Source of the DNA: Neodothiora populina
Lineage: Eukaryota
DNA length: 64,000 nucleotides
Direction: 5' to 3'
Assembly: GCF_041146345.1 (NCBI RefSeq)
Contig: NW_027191410.1
Location: forward strand, 310,001 to 374,000
Shown here: one piece after another, positions 11,257 to 23,963 of the stretch
Layout: the number at the start of each line of letters is the position of its first letter
Position numbering within the stretch: position 1 is the stretch's first letter
The notes under the pieces: model-generated
Seen by the model: only the letters and a program-made list of their open reading frames with translations
Database searches by the model: none
What the model was told of the DNA's origin: nothing
Translations under genes and position numbers: made by a program

Positions 11257-12534
11257 CTACTCTGTCTTAGACTGATGGTCCCGACACGGTTTCTCTTCGA
11301 CTGGGGCATCGGGAACCCTATCGCACTTGTCCATCTGGCCAAACGCCCACTTATCCGCCGCCCAATGATCTTCCGCATCAAACTCCTTGAGATAATCCCA
11401 ATCCTTGTCGTCCCCGTCCTGACTCATCTCCCAACCCCCGCGATTCTCTTCCTTCAATCTCGGCACATCTCCCAGGTTTCCGCCTTCGCTGTCCGGACCT
11501 TTGATCGCCTTGATGTCCTTGACCTCAGGATACTTGCCGCGAAAGGGCGTGTCGATGTAGTATTCGGGGCCGAAGTGGGTGTACGTGTGGTTCTGCTTGC
11601 CGCCCTTGGGTTCGAGCGTCTTGTGCGCGAGCTTGTGGGTAACGCGATGGTTCTGTCCCTTGGAGGATATGTATTTCGCAAAGGCCTCGTTGCCTGCTCG
11701 GGGGGAGTTGTACGTGTACTGTATCTCCATCAGTTGTGGCTCAGCGCAGCCTGAAAATCACGAGGAAACGACGATCAAAGCAAGGATAGACCAATGAACA
11801 GAAAAGAAAGCGCAACGTACAAGAGAAACCTCCACATCGCGCCGTCTCAACCACGCAGCCGCGACCGCACCCAGCGTGCCCCCTCTACTGTGCCCCGTGA
11901 CGACAACATGCCCATACATCTTGACGGCAAGATTCAACATGGCCGACATCTGCTCCTTGACGTCGTCCCACACTTTAAGCATCAGCGGGTCGACCTCACA
12001 CCCCTCACACATACCCGGCACAGGCGCCATCTTATCCTCGTCGACTTTCTCTTGGTTAACGGTCACAGAGGCATTATACGGGCGTTCATTGACCCGTCCC
12101 GCAAACGACAGAATCGACAACTTGCGGCCGTGGTCGACGCCCACATATCCGCTGACGGCATAATCGCCGTAGTCCTGGAAATTATAGATCGCGGACGTAT
12201 TACTCGCCGAAACGATGGCACACGGAGCGCCACCACCTTCTTCGCAATACAGCGGTTTGAGCACTTTGTCGGCCGTGTAGTCCTGGTTCGAGGCGCAGTA
12301 GGCCGCGACGGCGTAGTGCGAGAAGACTTCGAGGTTTTTGTAGGTCTTGTGCGTTACTGGTTTCGGTGTCGAGGGATCCGACGAGGAGTCGACGCTTGCT
12401 TGGGTCGTGCCGGAGGTGTCGTGACCGTTGATGGAGATCTTGAATACCGAGCCTGGGGGCAGGGAGCTTGCGGTGGCTGTGGCTAGGAGGCTCAAAAGGG
12501 AGGCTGTGAGATGCATGGCGTAGAGGACGTGCAT
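11257..12534 (-). CDS. Secreted class-3 lipase-like protein (degenerate active site)
   Basis: Signal peptide, AAYC, VVVTGHSRGG and YTYNSPRAGN; intron 11719-11820; TATA-like TATATATA about 110 bp upstream. Confidence 0.8.
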
Positions 12535-13046
12535 CTTAAAGGGGTTGTCAATTTGATTGGCCTTGATGCTTGGTTCTTGATCAGACCTGATGTGCCCAGG
12601 ACGGGGAAGATTTCTTGAGAATGACAGCGAGTATGTGTGGGATTATATATATACGAGAGACGAATCGATCATGTACAATAAGCCATGGGCTGCAATAAGC
12701 GGAGGGTCACAAATTATACTTAGCTGTAGACCCGATATTCGTGCGAGCTTAGCAAAGCCTATTGCACAACAAGCTACAGCCTGGCCAATCAACCTACCGC
12801 TTATTTGTATGACAATGTCCATATGCCGTTGATTTTGGCAATTGGACACATGAGTGCTACTGCTTCTGCCGCCGCCATCGCTATCACCACGACAGACGTT
12901 AGACACAGGTCTTGGCGAGTGTGGCATTAGATAGTGATGAAATCGTTTGCACTTGCGCGCCAGAGGAGAAAAGGGAGGCCAAGTTCGGATCACATGCAAT
13001 AATGGTGGTCCTGTGTGTGGGGTATCTGAGCCGTAAGTGAGACAAA

Positions 13047-14173
13047 TCACCAGCCATATTTGCTGCCGCCCTCGGACTTGTTCCTTTTACCCTGAGCCCA
13101 AGCATCCTCAAGGGCCTCTTTCTGTGACGAGGCAGCATTGACGAGCTGCTGCAAGCTGTGCTTTCCGGGTGCAATGGCCTTGACCGCTCTGTGCTCCTGG
13201 GCTTGTCCCTGTTGGCGTAGCAGTTCATTGGCCGAGTATTCCTGCTCCATATCGAAATGCATGATCTTGGCATTCCCGCCGTTCCTGTTCCGGCCGAACA
13301 GTTGACGGCGTGCCGATTCTGGAAGATTCAGGTCCTCAGCCAAAGCGTCGAGGGAATTTGAGTTGGTAGATTGCGGCGCTTGCGTCTGTTGTTGAAGCGT
13401 CGATGATCCTGTATTTGTCTGTGTCTCCGTATCCCTTGACTCTGCGAGTAAGGGCTTGTACTCTGCAACAGGGTCCACACTTCCAGCTGGGCTTTGCACC
13501 GGCTCTTCCTGCGTCACAGAAAAGAGGGAGACTTTTTCTTCTGCGGCGGTGGTGCGACAGGTGCCTTTTCCGGGACTGCAGAAGGGACTGACTGGCTTTC
13601 CGAAGGGGCTGGACTACCGGTGTCCGGAGAAGCTATTGCCGAAGCCTTTTTCTTGGGTTTTCTGTTCGCAACAGAGAGCGGCTTGAACCTCATTGCATTA
13701 CCAACGATCTTGACTTCCGTCGGTTTCTCTTCTTCTGCCGCAACGGTAGGAGCTTGTGCGGGAGCTGGGTCTGGCTGCGATTCTGTCGTATCTGAAGTTG
13801 CAACAGGAAGATCGGGCTCCACTCTTTCTCTGCTGAAAGCCGGTTCTGCGCCTGTCCTAAGATTGATTCCAGATGCGAGTCCGGGCTTTTTGGCTTCCGC
13901 TGTCCGTTTCGGCGCTGGCAGAAATGAATTGAACCCGCCGAGCGTTCCGGCGCGCGCCTTCTTCGCTGGCCGTTCGTCTTCTTTCTGATTTTCGTCAGGC
14001 TTGAGCGTGGGCAGGTCGACTTTGATCTTTCTGGCTCCAGATGGGTCGACAACTTTTTGGAATCCTGACTTTGCGGTACGGGTCGATGTAGGACCTGGGG
14101 TTTTGGCGGGAGAAGGTGCCTTAGGCGCATCGTCGTCTGAGCCTTCGCTGTCTGAGTATCCTACGAGACCCAT
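13047..14173 (-). CDS. PRCC-like proline-rich protein, interrupted by a frameshift near 13535
   Basis: N-terminal MGLVGYSDSE and FNSFLPAPK; C-terminal GKHSLQQLV..EGGSKYGW (PRCC C-terminal domain). The two halves lie in different frames. Confidence 0.8.
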
Positions 14174-14463
14174 AGTGAGGATGCCCCGGAGGCTATCGGA
14201 AAATGGGAGTTGTATTGAAGATATGAAAGATGAACAAACACACAGTGATGGTGGATGACGAACGTCTGTGCATTGAGTATCTGTAGGTGGAAGGAGTGAT
14301 CATCACCGCCCCCAGACTCTGGCCAAGACTTTCCGCCATGGTCCGAGCTCGTTGGTTTCACCGTTCCAGGAACAAGACGCCCGGATTTTCGCATCCATGT
14401 TGGATTTTTGCGTAGATTAATCTTTTTTCTATCCCATTTCTATCCACAACAACATCAGTCACA

Positions 14464-15845
14464 ATGAGTGTCGCACAAATCAGCCTGGCTCTGCCAGCTC
14501 TCACCGAGGCATGGTCCGCCGAGAAGGACTTCAAGCCCATCGGCCAGCTCTCTGGCTCTGTCAGCCGCAGCATCGAGCCTGTTGGCCCTCACTTTTTGGC
14601 CCACGCCCGCAGAAGAATGCACAAGCGCACTTTCTCCGAGGACGACCGCATCCAGGCCGAGAAGAACGTCAAGAAGGTCGAGGAAGAGGACGAGGGAGAG
14701 ATCAGCGAGCCTGAGGATCCCATGATGCTCGCGCGCGACCCCAAGGACTGGAAGGTGTGTTTTATCTTTACCATTTTATATTTTCCATGTACTAAGACGG
14801 CAAACAGAACCAAGACCACTATGCCGTCCTCGGTATAACCAGATACCGTTACAAGGCCACCGACGAGCAGATCAAGAAGGCCCACCGTCGCAAGGTCCTG
14901 AAGCACCACCCCGACAAGAAAGCCGCCTCCGGCGCCAACGAGGACGACGGCTTCTTCAAGTGCATCCAGAAGGCCACCGAGGTCCTCACCGACCCCGTCA
15001 AGCGTCGCCAATTCGACTCCGTCGACGAGGCCGCCGACGTCGAGCCCCCGTCCAAGAAGGAGGCCCAGGGCAAGAACTTCTACAAGCTGTGGAACAAGGT
15101 CTTCGACAGCGAGGCCCGTTTCTCCAAGATCCAGCCCGTGCCCAGACTCGGCAACGAGAACAGCACGCGCGAGCAGGTCGAGGAATTCTACAACTTCTGG
15201 TACTCGTTCGACTCGTGGAGGACCTTTGAGTACCTCGACGAGGACGTCCCCGACGACAACGAGAACCGCGACCAGAAGCGGCATGTCGAGCGCAAGAACA
15301 ACAACCAGCGCAAGAAGAGAAAGACCGAGGACGTCGTGCGTCTCCGCAAGCTCGTCGACGACTGCCTGGCCCTCGATGAGCGCATCAAGAAGTTCAAGAA
15401 GGAGGAGTCCGCCCAGAAAAACAAGAAGAGACTCGAAAAGGAGGCCGAGGCCAAGCGTGTCGCCGAAGAGAAGGAGAAGGCCAAGGAGGAGGCCGCCCGT
15501 CTCGCAAAGGAGAAGGAGGAGGCCGACAAGGCCGCGCGCGCCGACACCAAGAAGACCAAGGAGGCCGCGAAGAACGCCGCAAAGAAGAACAAGCGTGTCG
15601 TGCGCGGCGCCGTCAAGGACGGCAACTACTTCGCCGACGGTGAGGCCAGCCCCTCGCAGATCGAGAACGCCCTCAACGACACCGACCTCCTCATCACCAA
15701 GCTCGAGGTCGAGGATCTCGCTTCTTTCTCTGCCAAGCTCAACGGAAAGACTGGCGCCGACGTCAAGCCCATCTTCCAGGAGCAGGTCAAGAGCCTTGTC
15801 GATGCCGGCAAGCTCAAGGACGGTGAGCTCAAGTCTCTCGCTTGA
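14464..15845 (+). CDS. ZUO1: Zuotin, ribosome-associated J-domain chaperone
   Basis: J domain with HHPDK, FDSWRTFEYLDEDVPDD; intron 14755-14807. Confidence 0.96.
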
Positions 15846-16333
15846 AGGTCTTTTGTGTTGGTTAGAGATATATATATTAGACTGGCGTTTCCTTCTGATG
15901 TTTGTATATGACACAATGAGAAAAAGCACTGGTTATCACGTTTACCATACATTCCCTTTGTATTATGATGTTAGTATTACCCGTCGTTCAATTCCTGATC
16001 GCCCGACTTTTGTGAATGGATTTAGACTTAGTGAAGTGATATTGAAGAGTTTTTTTTTTGTGTTATTTGACGTTTACCCTTTTCGTACGAAAGATGAATC
16101 AGCAACTACGGCATCATGCATCTCAACGCTCAATGCATCTCACCTTACTTGTCCCACGTCTCGATATCCTCATCGATTGACCGTATTGATCAGAGTTCTG
16201 GCGCAAGGTTTCCAGCCGACTCCACTGCGACCTTGAGCGCGCGGGAATGTTGGTGACAGGGGCAATGGATCAGGACGGTCTTCAATCCACCTCGGCAGGT
16301 AAAGAAGTTGGAGCAAAATATAAGAGGCCGTTT

Positions 16334-17400
16334 TCAACCAGGGATAGCAGCCAGCTCTCTAGAGTTCTCGGAGCTCAACTCAGCCATCAATCCGCCCTTG
16401 TCCCGCCTCTTCTCATCCGCATCTAGTTTCCCCTGCACGAACTGATGCAGAGTCTTGACCTTCTCGTGCGCGACCGTTGTGCAATTAAGCATCGTCAACG
16501 GATCCACCGGCGCGCCGCCATATTTAGCAATCTGACACACTTCCCCATGGCGATTCATGGACACGACGATCTCGCCCTCGCGCACGTTTTCCTCGGCCAG
16601 GTTCGCGTCGATGAGCACGATCTCGCCGTGCTCGTAGTAGCTGAATGTGACGCAGAAGGGGTGGTGTTGCATGGCCAGCTTAACGGGCTCTCGCTCCCGG
16701 ATGTCGTAGACTGTGACGTCTTCGCCCTCGACGGACACGTCTGGTCGTCGGAAGTGTTGCAGGGCCGCGATCAGCGCAATGCAGCAGGCGTCGATGAGCC
16801 CGCCGTCGTGGTCCAGCACGTGTACGTCGGCGCGGAGTGCGAAGCATTTGCTTCCTGCTACTATACATAGGGACTCCGTGTCTAGGGCTCCGGAGCGGCG
16901 GATGGATTTCTCCAGCAGGCGCGACAGGAGGATCTCGATGTCGGTCTGGCTATTGATGTTAGGGTTAGGCTATGTATTTCGAGAAGAGGTTGCTTGATTT
17001 TTGAAACAGTAGGATGTTATTGTGGGACTGTACGTCGAGAAACAAAGACGTACCGGCCAATCTCGAACGCTGGTGAGGCCATTGGTGAGAGCTCTGTAGA
17101 TATTTGGAAGATGCCATCGAATTTGCGGTCCGGGAATGGCGTCGTCACTTCGGCTGACACTCTCACGACAACTCTGTTTTATGTCAGATCAGTATTGCTC
17201 ATCTCCAAGCAATTCTCCCAATAGGTAGTGACAAACTTGGTTTTCCCTAATTGAACATTGACCACGCCATATTCTTCGCCAAAATCCAAGCTCAGGTTGC
17301 GATATGCGTCGAAAGCACGACCATCGAGTCGTATGTTCTCGCGTAGTGCTGATGCGATGAACTCGCGCTCGTTGAGCGACAGTTCTACTTCTCGGGGCAT
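16334..17400 (-). CDS. RRP45: Exosome core subunit Rrp45 (RNase PH-like)
   Basis: MPREVELSLNEREF..RLDGR, DHDGGLIDAC and HFRRPDV; introns 17174-17236 and 16950-17053. Confidence 0.92.
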
Positions 17401-17798
17401 TGAGTTTTCTGTTATCGTGTCTTCATACAGAAAATTTATTGATTGTATCGAGCAAGTCTGTGACGTCTGTCTCATAGATTCTCGGGGGTGAAGGACAAAC
17501 GCCGCAACTGCCGAGGTTTTGCCAGGTAGGCAGAGGGGACAGTTCAGTCGGCAAGGCACTAAAACATCAATACAAGTGTGGGATGGTGATGACATTTATA
17601 GGCTGCACAGCAAGCAAGTAAAGATTGAAGGAAGACGATGAAATTCATCAACACAAGAAGTCCAAGCCTTGATCCCTGGTCTGCAGTGAGCTTCCTCGTC
17701 TGCTGGTATCAATTGTCTCATGGGAACAGTAGCTAAATAGTTTGTCGATAGATCGGAAAGAAAAAAGGAGATATACGTAGGTCTGATCGTCGAGCCAG

Positions 17799-18882
17799 TT
17801 ACAAGGCAGTACCGCGTTCGAAAGACTCTCTGATGTCGGCAGTATACTTGTTGTAGAATCTGGCCAGTTTTTGGTTGAACTGCAGGATAGTCAGTATTGG
17901 CGCACAACAACATAAATTGACGCAGCAATATTAGCAGCGACTGGCCTAGACTTACCTGCTTGTTCTTGTCGTTGATATAGGTGACATCGGCATCGTCTTC
18001 GCCGCCCTTTCTGTTCCTCCTATTCTTATTCCTAACTTCTTCCTGCTTTCGGATCTCGCCAACAAGCTTGTCGACAGCCTCCTTAGACGGCTTCTGTGAA
18101 ACAAAATCTGTGCTGTCGGCGGTCGAGTAAAAGGTGCCGTCCCTATCGACGGCGATCAACTCTCCGTCCTCGGTTTCTACCACTTCCAAGCCCCCACTAG
18201 CCGTAGCTCTCTCGATGAGATTCCTCTTTTCCTTCTCGTAATTCTCGCGATCGGGCTTCATTTCCTTGAGTTGACGCTTATACACTTTGTTCGCCTCGCC
18301 ACTGTAATCCTGGAATGCATTGTTCGCCTTGTTTCTGGCCTTCTTGCTGAGCTTGCGATCCCATTTCTCTGATTCGTCGATAGTCCAGTCCCAGGCGCGT
18401 TTGCGCTCGTAGTCTTCTCCTGCGTCTTCGGTATCGGCTTTGAGCAGCTTCTCGGCGGCAATGTCGCGTTTGCGTGAAAGCGATGAGAGAAGGCTTGGGT
18501 CCGTGGTCAGGCGTGCGGTTTCCGTCACTGTGGCTTTCTGATTCGCGGCGCGAGAGTCGTTGTTTCGTGCTCGAAGGGCGGCAAAACGTGCTAGGCGGTC
18601 TTTTTGAGGATCTGACTTGCTGGCGGTGCTTGTCGTCGGTGTTGATGCTTCTGATGGCGCTCCTTCTGCCTCTGCGTCTGCGGCGGCATCTTGTAATTCT
18701 GTCTGGGCTTGCGCTTCGGCTTGTTTCCGCGCTGCGTCTTCTTCCTTTTCTTCTTGTACGTCTTCGGCAATGTGTTCTGCGGTCTCGGTGGATTGTGGTT
18801 CGGCCTCTGCAAACCTCCTCTTAGGTGGTTCCGCTTCGTCTTCCGGCCCAGGCGAGGATTTGCGCTTCAGTGTTGTGGGCAT
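17799..18882 (-). CDS. SYF2: Pre-mRNA splicing factor Syf2
   Basis: YERKRAWDWTIDESEKW. Intron 17880-17955 joins DVTYINDKNKQ to FNQKLARFYNKYTADIRESFERGTAL*. Confidence 0.93.
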
Positions 18883-19224
18883 TCTGTGTGTGACAATGGC
18901 AGTACTGTTGCTACTGAAGTGAATGACAGGAAGAACAGGAGACTGTGTTCGGGATATGTTGAGATGGACGACAGGAAGTCTTATTTGAGTGGTGTGGTGA
19001 TGAGAGCAATAATAATTGTGCTTCTGAAGTGATGGAGTTACTCCACACTAACTACATCACCGTACCTTGGCTTTACATCTATACAAGCACCCTTAAGCAT
19101 ACACCAACCCCGCCTTGGTCAATGAAGTGCATGATTCCCTGGACAAGACAACAACACAACAGGATACACAACCAAGGCCAAAGTCGAGGAACTACTACAA
19201 AAGGGACTCGAAAAATCATTCAAC

Positions 19225-20202
19225 ATGTCAACAATAGCCTCCCCTCGTCCCTCAATAAACCTCTCCCGACGGACCTCGACATCATCAGCGGCGACAACAA
19301 CCGCACGCTCCCCCTCAGTCACACGAACGCCCTACCCTCCGCCGCCTGCACCCTCAACAACGCGGCGCAACCGCGCTGCCTTGCGTGAGTTCTACGGTCT
19401 CAAAGAACAGGAAAGAGACAAGGCAGCGGCTGCGTTTGCAGCAGAGAATGGCGTGGTCGCGGATGATAAACTGCCTGAGAGCGAGATTGATAACCCTGGA
19501 TTCGATGCCGACAAGTTCGTCAAGGATATCATGGACAAGGAGGGGCTGGAGGGGATCATGAGGACTGAAGCCGAGCTCGTCAGTGGTATGTTTGCCTTCC
19601 GACCTATCTCGTCCCTATTTCTACAGCTATAATGTGCGCGTATTCGTGAGAGAAATTATAAGGCAGTGTGAGAGACGGGCTAATCGATCATGGACGACAT
19701 TCAGAGATCAGAGGTCTAGATGGTGAAAGAAAAGCATTAGTCTACGATAATTATTCTAAATTAATCGCTGCTACGGATACCATCCGAAAGGTATGCCGGC
19801 ATCCTTGTTCTATGATATCTCTTCTCGCTGTTTAATGATTGGAATCAGATGCGCACAAACATGGACCCGTTAGCCCCGACGACATCGACTCTGACTCCAG
19901 CAATATCCCATATAGCAGAGACGGCAACCTCCTTGTCCGAGTCTATCAAGAAGCTGGCTCCGCAGATCCAGTCAGATGCATTTCTGGCGGAGGAAAGACG
20001 AGTAAAACAACAAGAAACTGTCCGGTATCTTTTGAAGACGCCAGATCGACTTAGAAGACTGCGACAAGAGGGTCATATCGAGAGTTCGCGCAAGGACTGG
20101 GAAGACGTCAAGATCCTGCTGGAAAAGCTAAAACACGTCAAAGGCACCGATGTGCTTCGCAAGCAGTGCGAGGAGGTCATGGGTGCTGAGGCGGGCACTT
20201 GA
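19225..20202 (+). CDS. VPS51: GARP complex subunit Vps51
   Basis: RRNRAALREFY, EIRGLDGERKALVYDNYSKLI and MRTNMDPL; introns 19586-19704 and 19791-19848. Confidence 0.9.
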
Positions 20203-20522
20203 GCATGGTGGAGCAATGCTATTAGTCTGTGCTTAATGATGAAAGGTTGCGCCTTGTCAGAAAACGCGGAATTCCGGTCGCAAATCCGAACTCTGATCCA
20301 CAATCAATGCGTCGGTCAAGGGACCCTGCCGTATCTTGGCAGAGCTGTTGTGTTCATGATCAGATACGGTACCTATTTTAATGTACCTTCACTATTGATC
20401 CCCCGTGGTACTGAGATATACAGTGAGGGACCTTGAGACTCCTAGTCACGCCTTGTGGTAAGTCCACCTGTCCAATGATACCGGAGATGTATGAAGCTAA
20501 GGTCCTGGATGTAAAAAGGCCT

Positions 20523-22088
20523 CTACGCCACGAGGTCACCCACACTCTCAGGCCACTCGCTGCCCCAAACTAGTGCTCTATCTCCCCAGCGACTGGGATG
20601 TGGTGCCAGAAACCTGATCCTTTTCCGTGTCTCGTCGACTTCGGCAACATAGACGAAACCCATGACGCAACTATCTCGTACGCTTTCGACGCTCGCATTG
20701 CCGGGACAGAACTTGATGGCCAGAATGCTGTTCAAGAGAGCCTGGGAGGCTGAGTCGAGGCGCTGAAGAAACATTGAGGAGGCCTGGAGGCTTTGCGCTT
20801 CGATCTCGTCTTCATCCATCCCTGGGGCGAGATTGAGATTCTGATTGTTGTTGGCGTTGGACGAGGCAGATTGCGACGCAGAAGAAGGATCGATTGCTTT
20901 GTAAATTGACAGATCTGCAAAATCCCACCATTGTCCGTGAGGGTTCAGAGGAAGTTTTGATGAGTCGCCGAAGAAGTAGGATTTGACCTGCTGGTGCGAT
21001 AGTTGGCGCATAAATGCTGCGTCGCGGGTTACTGCACCGCCTGTTGTGCTAATACGGAAAACATGCACGATCTCGTCAGGAGATTTTGCTGTTGTTTGTT
21101 GTTGCTGTTGCTGCTGAGTGGCGAAGCGGCGAACCATGTCGTTGTAGAGCCGTTCTGATCCCATAGTCAGCAATATTGAGATGCTGAACTCGGAGATTAT
21201 GTGCGCTAGAGTGTCGTAATTCGTTTTCGGGTTGTTGATGCTCCCCGGTGTATCTATGATTATCCCGCTGTCCTTCGCTGCTCGGTCCTCTTCTAGCCTG
21301 CTCGTCACTGCTAGTGCGGCTCGTGTCACAATCGGCTTGAACATATTCGTTGAGGCCACCTCGGGAGATGCAAACGGATAGTGATAGATCAGGGGCGTCT
21401 TGACAGGGTTATAAGTCGGCCCTGAGATGGGACTCGTTCCCCAGCCACCTCCACCACTGGAGTCTTCAATGTCCATCATGCTACTCATTGTCACCGCGGT
21501 AAGGGCACTGGGTATACTCAGTAATCCCTCTCTTGGGTCGAGGTTGACGACTGTCGGGGTCCTTCCGCTCTTCAGTGCCCACGCGGTGAGGCATTTCACG
21601 AGGCTCGATTTCCCGCTGTGATCTGGTCCGACCACTAGCACGCGTGGACCTCCATTGCTTGTCTCTGGTGTTGCTGATGCGCTGGCTTCATTTCTTGCTG
21701 TCTCGAGCATGCCGTGTACGTTCAGCCATTCGACCATAGCATCGGTCTCTGACCCCACATATTCACTCTCCGCTTCCCCCTGGATCTCTAATGCGCAGCC
21801 ATGCCATGTAAAGACAGCTCCCTTTGTGCCTCCACTGAAGGTATGTGTTGCGCTGGGTGCCAATTCTGTTCCAAACAGCTCAGCTGTACCACGTAAAAGT
21901 CGTATCGAGTATGTCCGTGTCAGGCCAACCTCGAATCGCAGTTCACTTCGCGGTGGGAGCTCTTCTGTCCGTGGAGGGAGCGAGGATGGGGCAGGTAGAT
22001 TCGTCGACTGAGGTCCATTGGTCGACGAAGGGTCTGGAGTCGACGCTGAAAGTGACAGACCGGGAAGTGAGAGGCCTGGTAATGCCAT
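20523..22088 (-). CDS. CLP1: mRNA cleavage/polyadenylation factor Clp1 (P-loop)
   Basis: GTAELFGTEL, AVFTWHGC, GPRVLVVGPDHSGKSS and IIIDTPG; single exon. Confidence 0.93.
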   Translation of the reverse strand: MALPGLSLPGLSLSASTPDPSSTNGPQSTNLPAPSSLPPRTEELPPRSELRFEVGLTRTYSIRLLRGTAELFGTELAPSATHTFSGGTKGAVFTWHGCALEIQGEAESEYVGSETDAMVEWLNVHGMLETARNEASASATPETSNGGPRVLVVGPDHSGKSSLVKCLTAWALKSGRTPTVVNLDPREGLLSIPSALTAVTMSSMMDIEDSSGGGGWGTSPISGPTYNPVKTPLIYHYPFASPEVASTNMFKPIVTRAALAVTSRLEEDRAAKDSGIIIDTPGSINNPKTNYDTLAHIISEFSISILLTMGSERLYNDMVRRFATQQQQQQQTTAKSPDEIVHVFRISTTGGAVTRDAAFMRQLSHQQVKSYFFGDSSKLPLNPHGQWWDFADLSIYKAIDPSSASQSASSNANNNQNLNLAPGMDEDEIEAQSLQASSMFLQRLDSASQALLNSILAIKFCPGNASVESVRDSCVMGFVYVAEVDETRKRIRFLAPHPSRWGDRALVWGSEWPESVGDLVA

Positions 22089-22250
22089 TGTGTGTCCTTT
22101 TGTCTTTCTATAGCATTTCCTTCTTCTGTATCATGTGATTTCTCGAACTGTAGGCTCGTTCTGTGTCTGCGAATAGGACAGTGTTGATGCGTGAAGCGTC
22201 GAAAGCAGATGTGGGGTCATTTGCGCAATCGAATTGAATTATTTAATTAA

Positions 22251-22381
22251 TGACTCTAAAGTATTGTTTCCCCAAGAAAACACTGAACTGACGTTGGAGG
22301 GGGTGGACCGTGAGTCAGCTGCGAGACAGTCATACCATATTGTACTCTACAATACTTTTATGCCACTGTATTGGTGAGTCA
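22251..22381. promoter_or_regulatory. Gcn4/CpcA response elements upstream of SER1
   Basis: TGAGTCA at 22311-22317 and 22375-22381, and TGACTC at 22251. Confidence 0.7.
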
Positions 22382-22557
22382 AGCAAAGAGATATTTATTA
22401 TAAGTCAGTAGTCGTCGTTTCTCTGTTGCTCTTCCATCTACCATATCATTAACTGGTAGGATTGGACCTGTAGCACTGCCCCACACTTCTTTTCCAGTCC
22501 TCGCTCTTTCTTTGCTCTTCATAGTCATACCCTCTTTCCTAAGAAAAATACTCCAAG

Positions 22558-23963
22558 ATGCCCTCGAGAGAAGAGACCGCCTACTTTGGCGCAGGACCTG
22601 CCCCTCTCCCCACCTCGGTACTAGAGAAGGCCTCTGAAGTACTCCTCAACTACAACAATGGTGGTATCGGCATAACGGAAATCTCCCACCGCAGCGCCGA
22701 CGCCACTGCGATTCTCGAACACACAAAGTCGTGCCTGCGCCAATTGTACGACATCCCAGAGAGCAAAGGACCCGATGGATACGAGATCATCTTTCTCCAA
22801 GGAGGTGGCAGCGGAGAGTTCAGTGCGAGCGTCTACCACATGACCAGCCTATGGGTCGGCCGAAGACAGGCACAGATCAAGAAGAGCCTCGGCGAGGGAG
22901 CCACCGACGATGCTGTCTTCGAGCAATTGCAGCAGGAAGTCAAGAAGTTGCGTCTGGACTATCTCGTCACTGGCTCATGGTCTCTCAAGGCCTCCCAGGA
23001 AGCCGCTCGTCTGGTCGGTGCTGAGCACGTCAACGTAGCTACTGATGCGCGCAAAGCAAGAGACGGCAAATTCGGTGTCATTCTCTCGGAGAAGGAGTGG
23101 TCGCTTACGCGAAACAAAGACGACAGCGCCATGGTCTACTTCTGCGACAACGAGACTGTTGACGGAGTCGAGTTCCCTTCTTTCCCTTCCACGCTCGCTG
23201 ACTCGGGCTACGAAGTGGTCGCCGACATGTCCTCCAACTTCCTCTCTCGCACAGTCGATGTCAAGAAATACTCAGCCATTTTCGGAGGAGCTCAGAAGAA
23301 CGTTGGTACAGCTGGCATCACCATCGCCATCATCAAGAACTCTCTCCTTCCTCCTGGCGCCGAATTTCCCAAGGCGGAGACATTGAGAAAGCTGGGTCTG
23401 CCTGTCGGACCTATTGTCCTCGACTGGCCGACCATCGTCAAGAACAACTCTCTTTACAACACACTTCCCATTTTCGACGTGTGGATCGCAGGACAAGTTA
23501 TGCAAGGCCTTCTGGACCGAGCCGCCGACGGTGCAAGAATTGCAACCCAACAGACCGAGGCAGAGAAAAAGGCTTCGCTGATCTACGGTGTTCTTGACAA
23601 GCACAACAGTGTCTACCAAGTCGTACCGGACAAGTCTGCTCGGTCGCGCATGAACATCTGTTTCAGAATCGGCGGTGCAGAGGACAGAGACGCCAAAGAG
23701 AAGGCATTCCTCTCAGGCGCCAACGAGAGGCTGTTGCTAGGGTGCAAGGGTCACCGCAGCGTCGGTGGCTGCAGAATCAGCAATTGTAAGTCGATTTCAT
23801 CTTGTTTCCGAATCCCTCGACCATCTTTGTACTCGCTCGTCCAGATTGGAGGCAACGATTGCTAATATCTTTGCACTATACAGACAACGCCGTAACCCTC
23901 CAGCAAGTCGAGAAGTTGGTTTCATACCTCGAGGAGTTTGCTCAGAAGCAACGAGTTGCTTGA
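22558..23963 (+). CDS. SER1: Phosphoserine aminotransferase
   Basis: FGAGPA, LQGGGSGEF, DMSSNFLS, GAQKNVG (PLP lysine) and KGHRSVGG; intron 23786-23883. Confidence 0.96.

Noticed and set aside
14589..15929. 446-aa antisense ORF over ZUO1, and similar shadow ORFs over CCDC47-like, IDP1 and HTS1
   Set aside because: By-product of strong C/G third-position codon bias; no recognisable motifs.
16959..16969. Telomere-like TTAGGGTTAGG
   Set aside because: Under two units, and explained as the CTAAC branch region of RRP45 intron 2.
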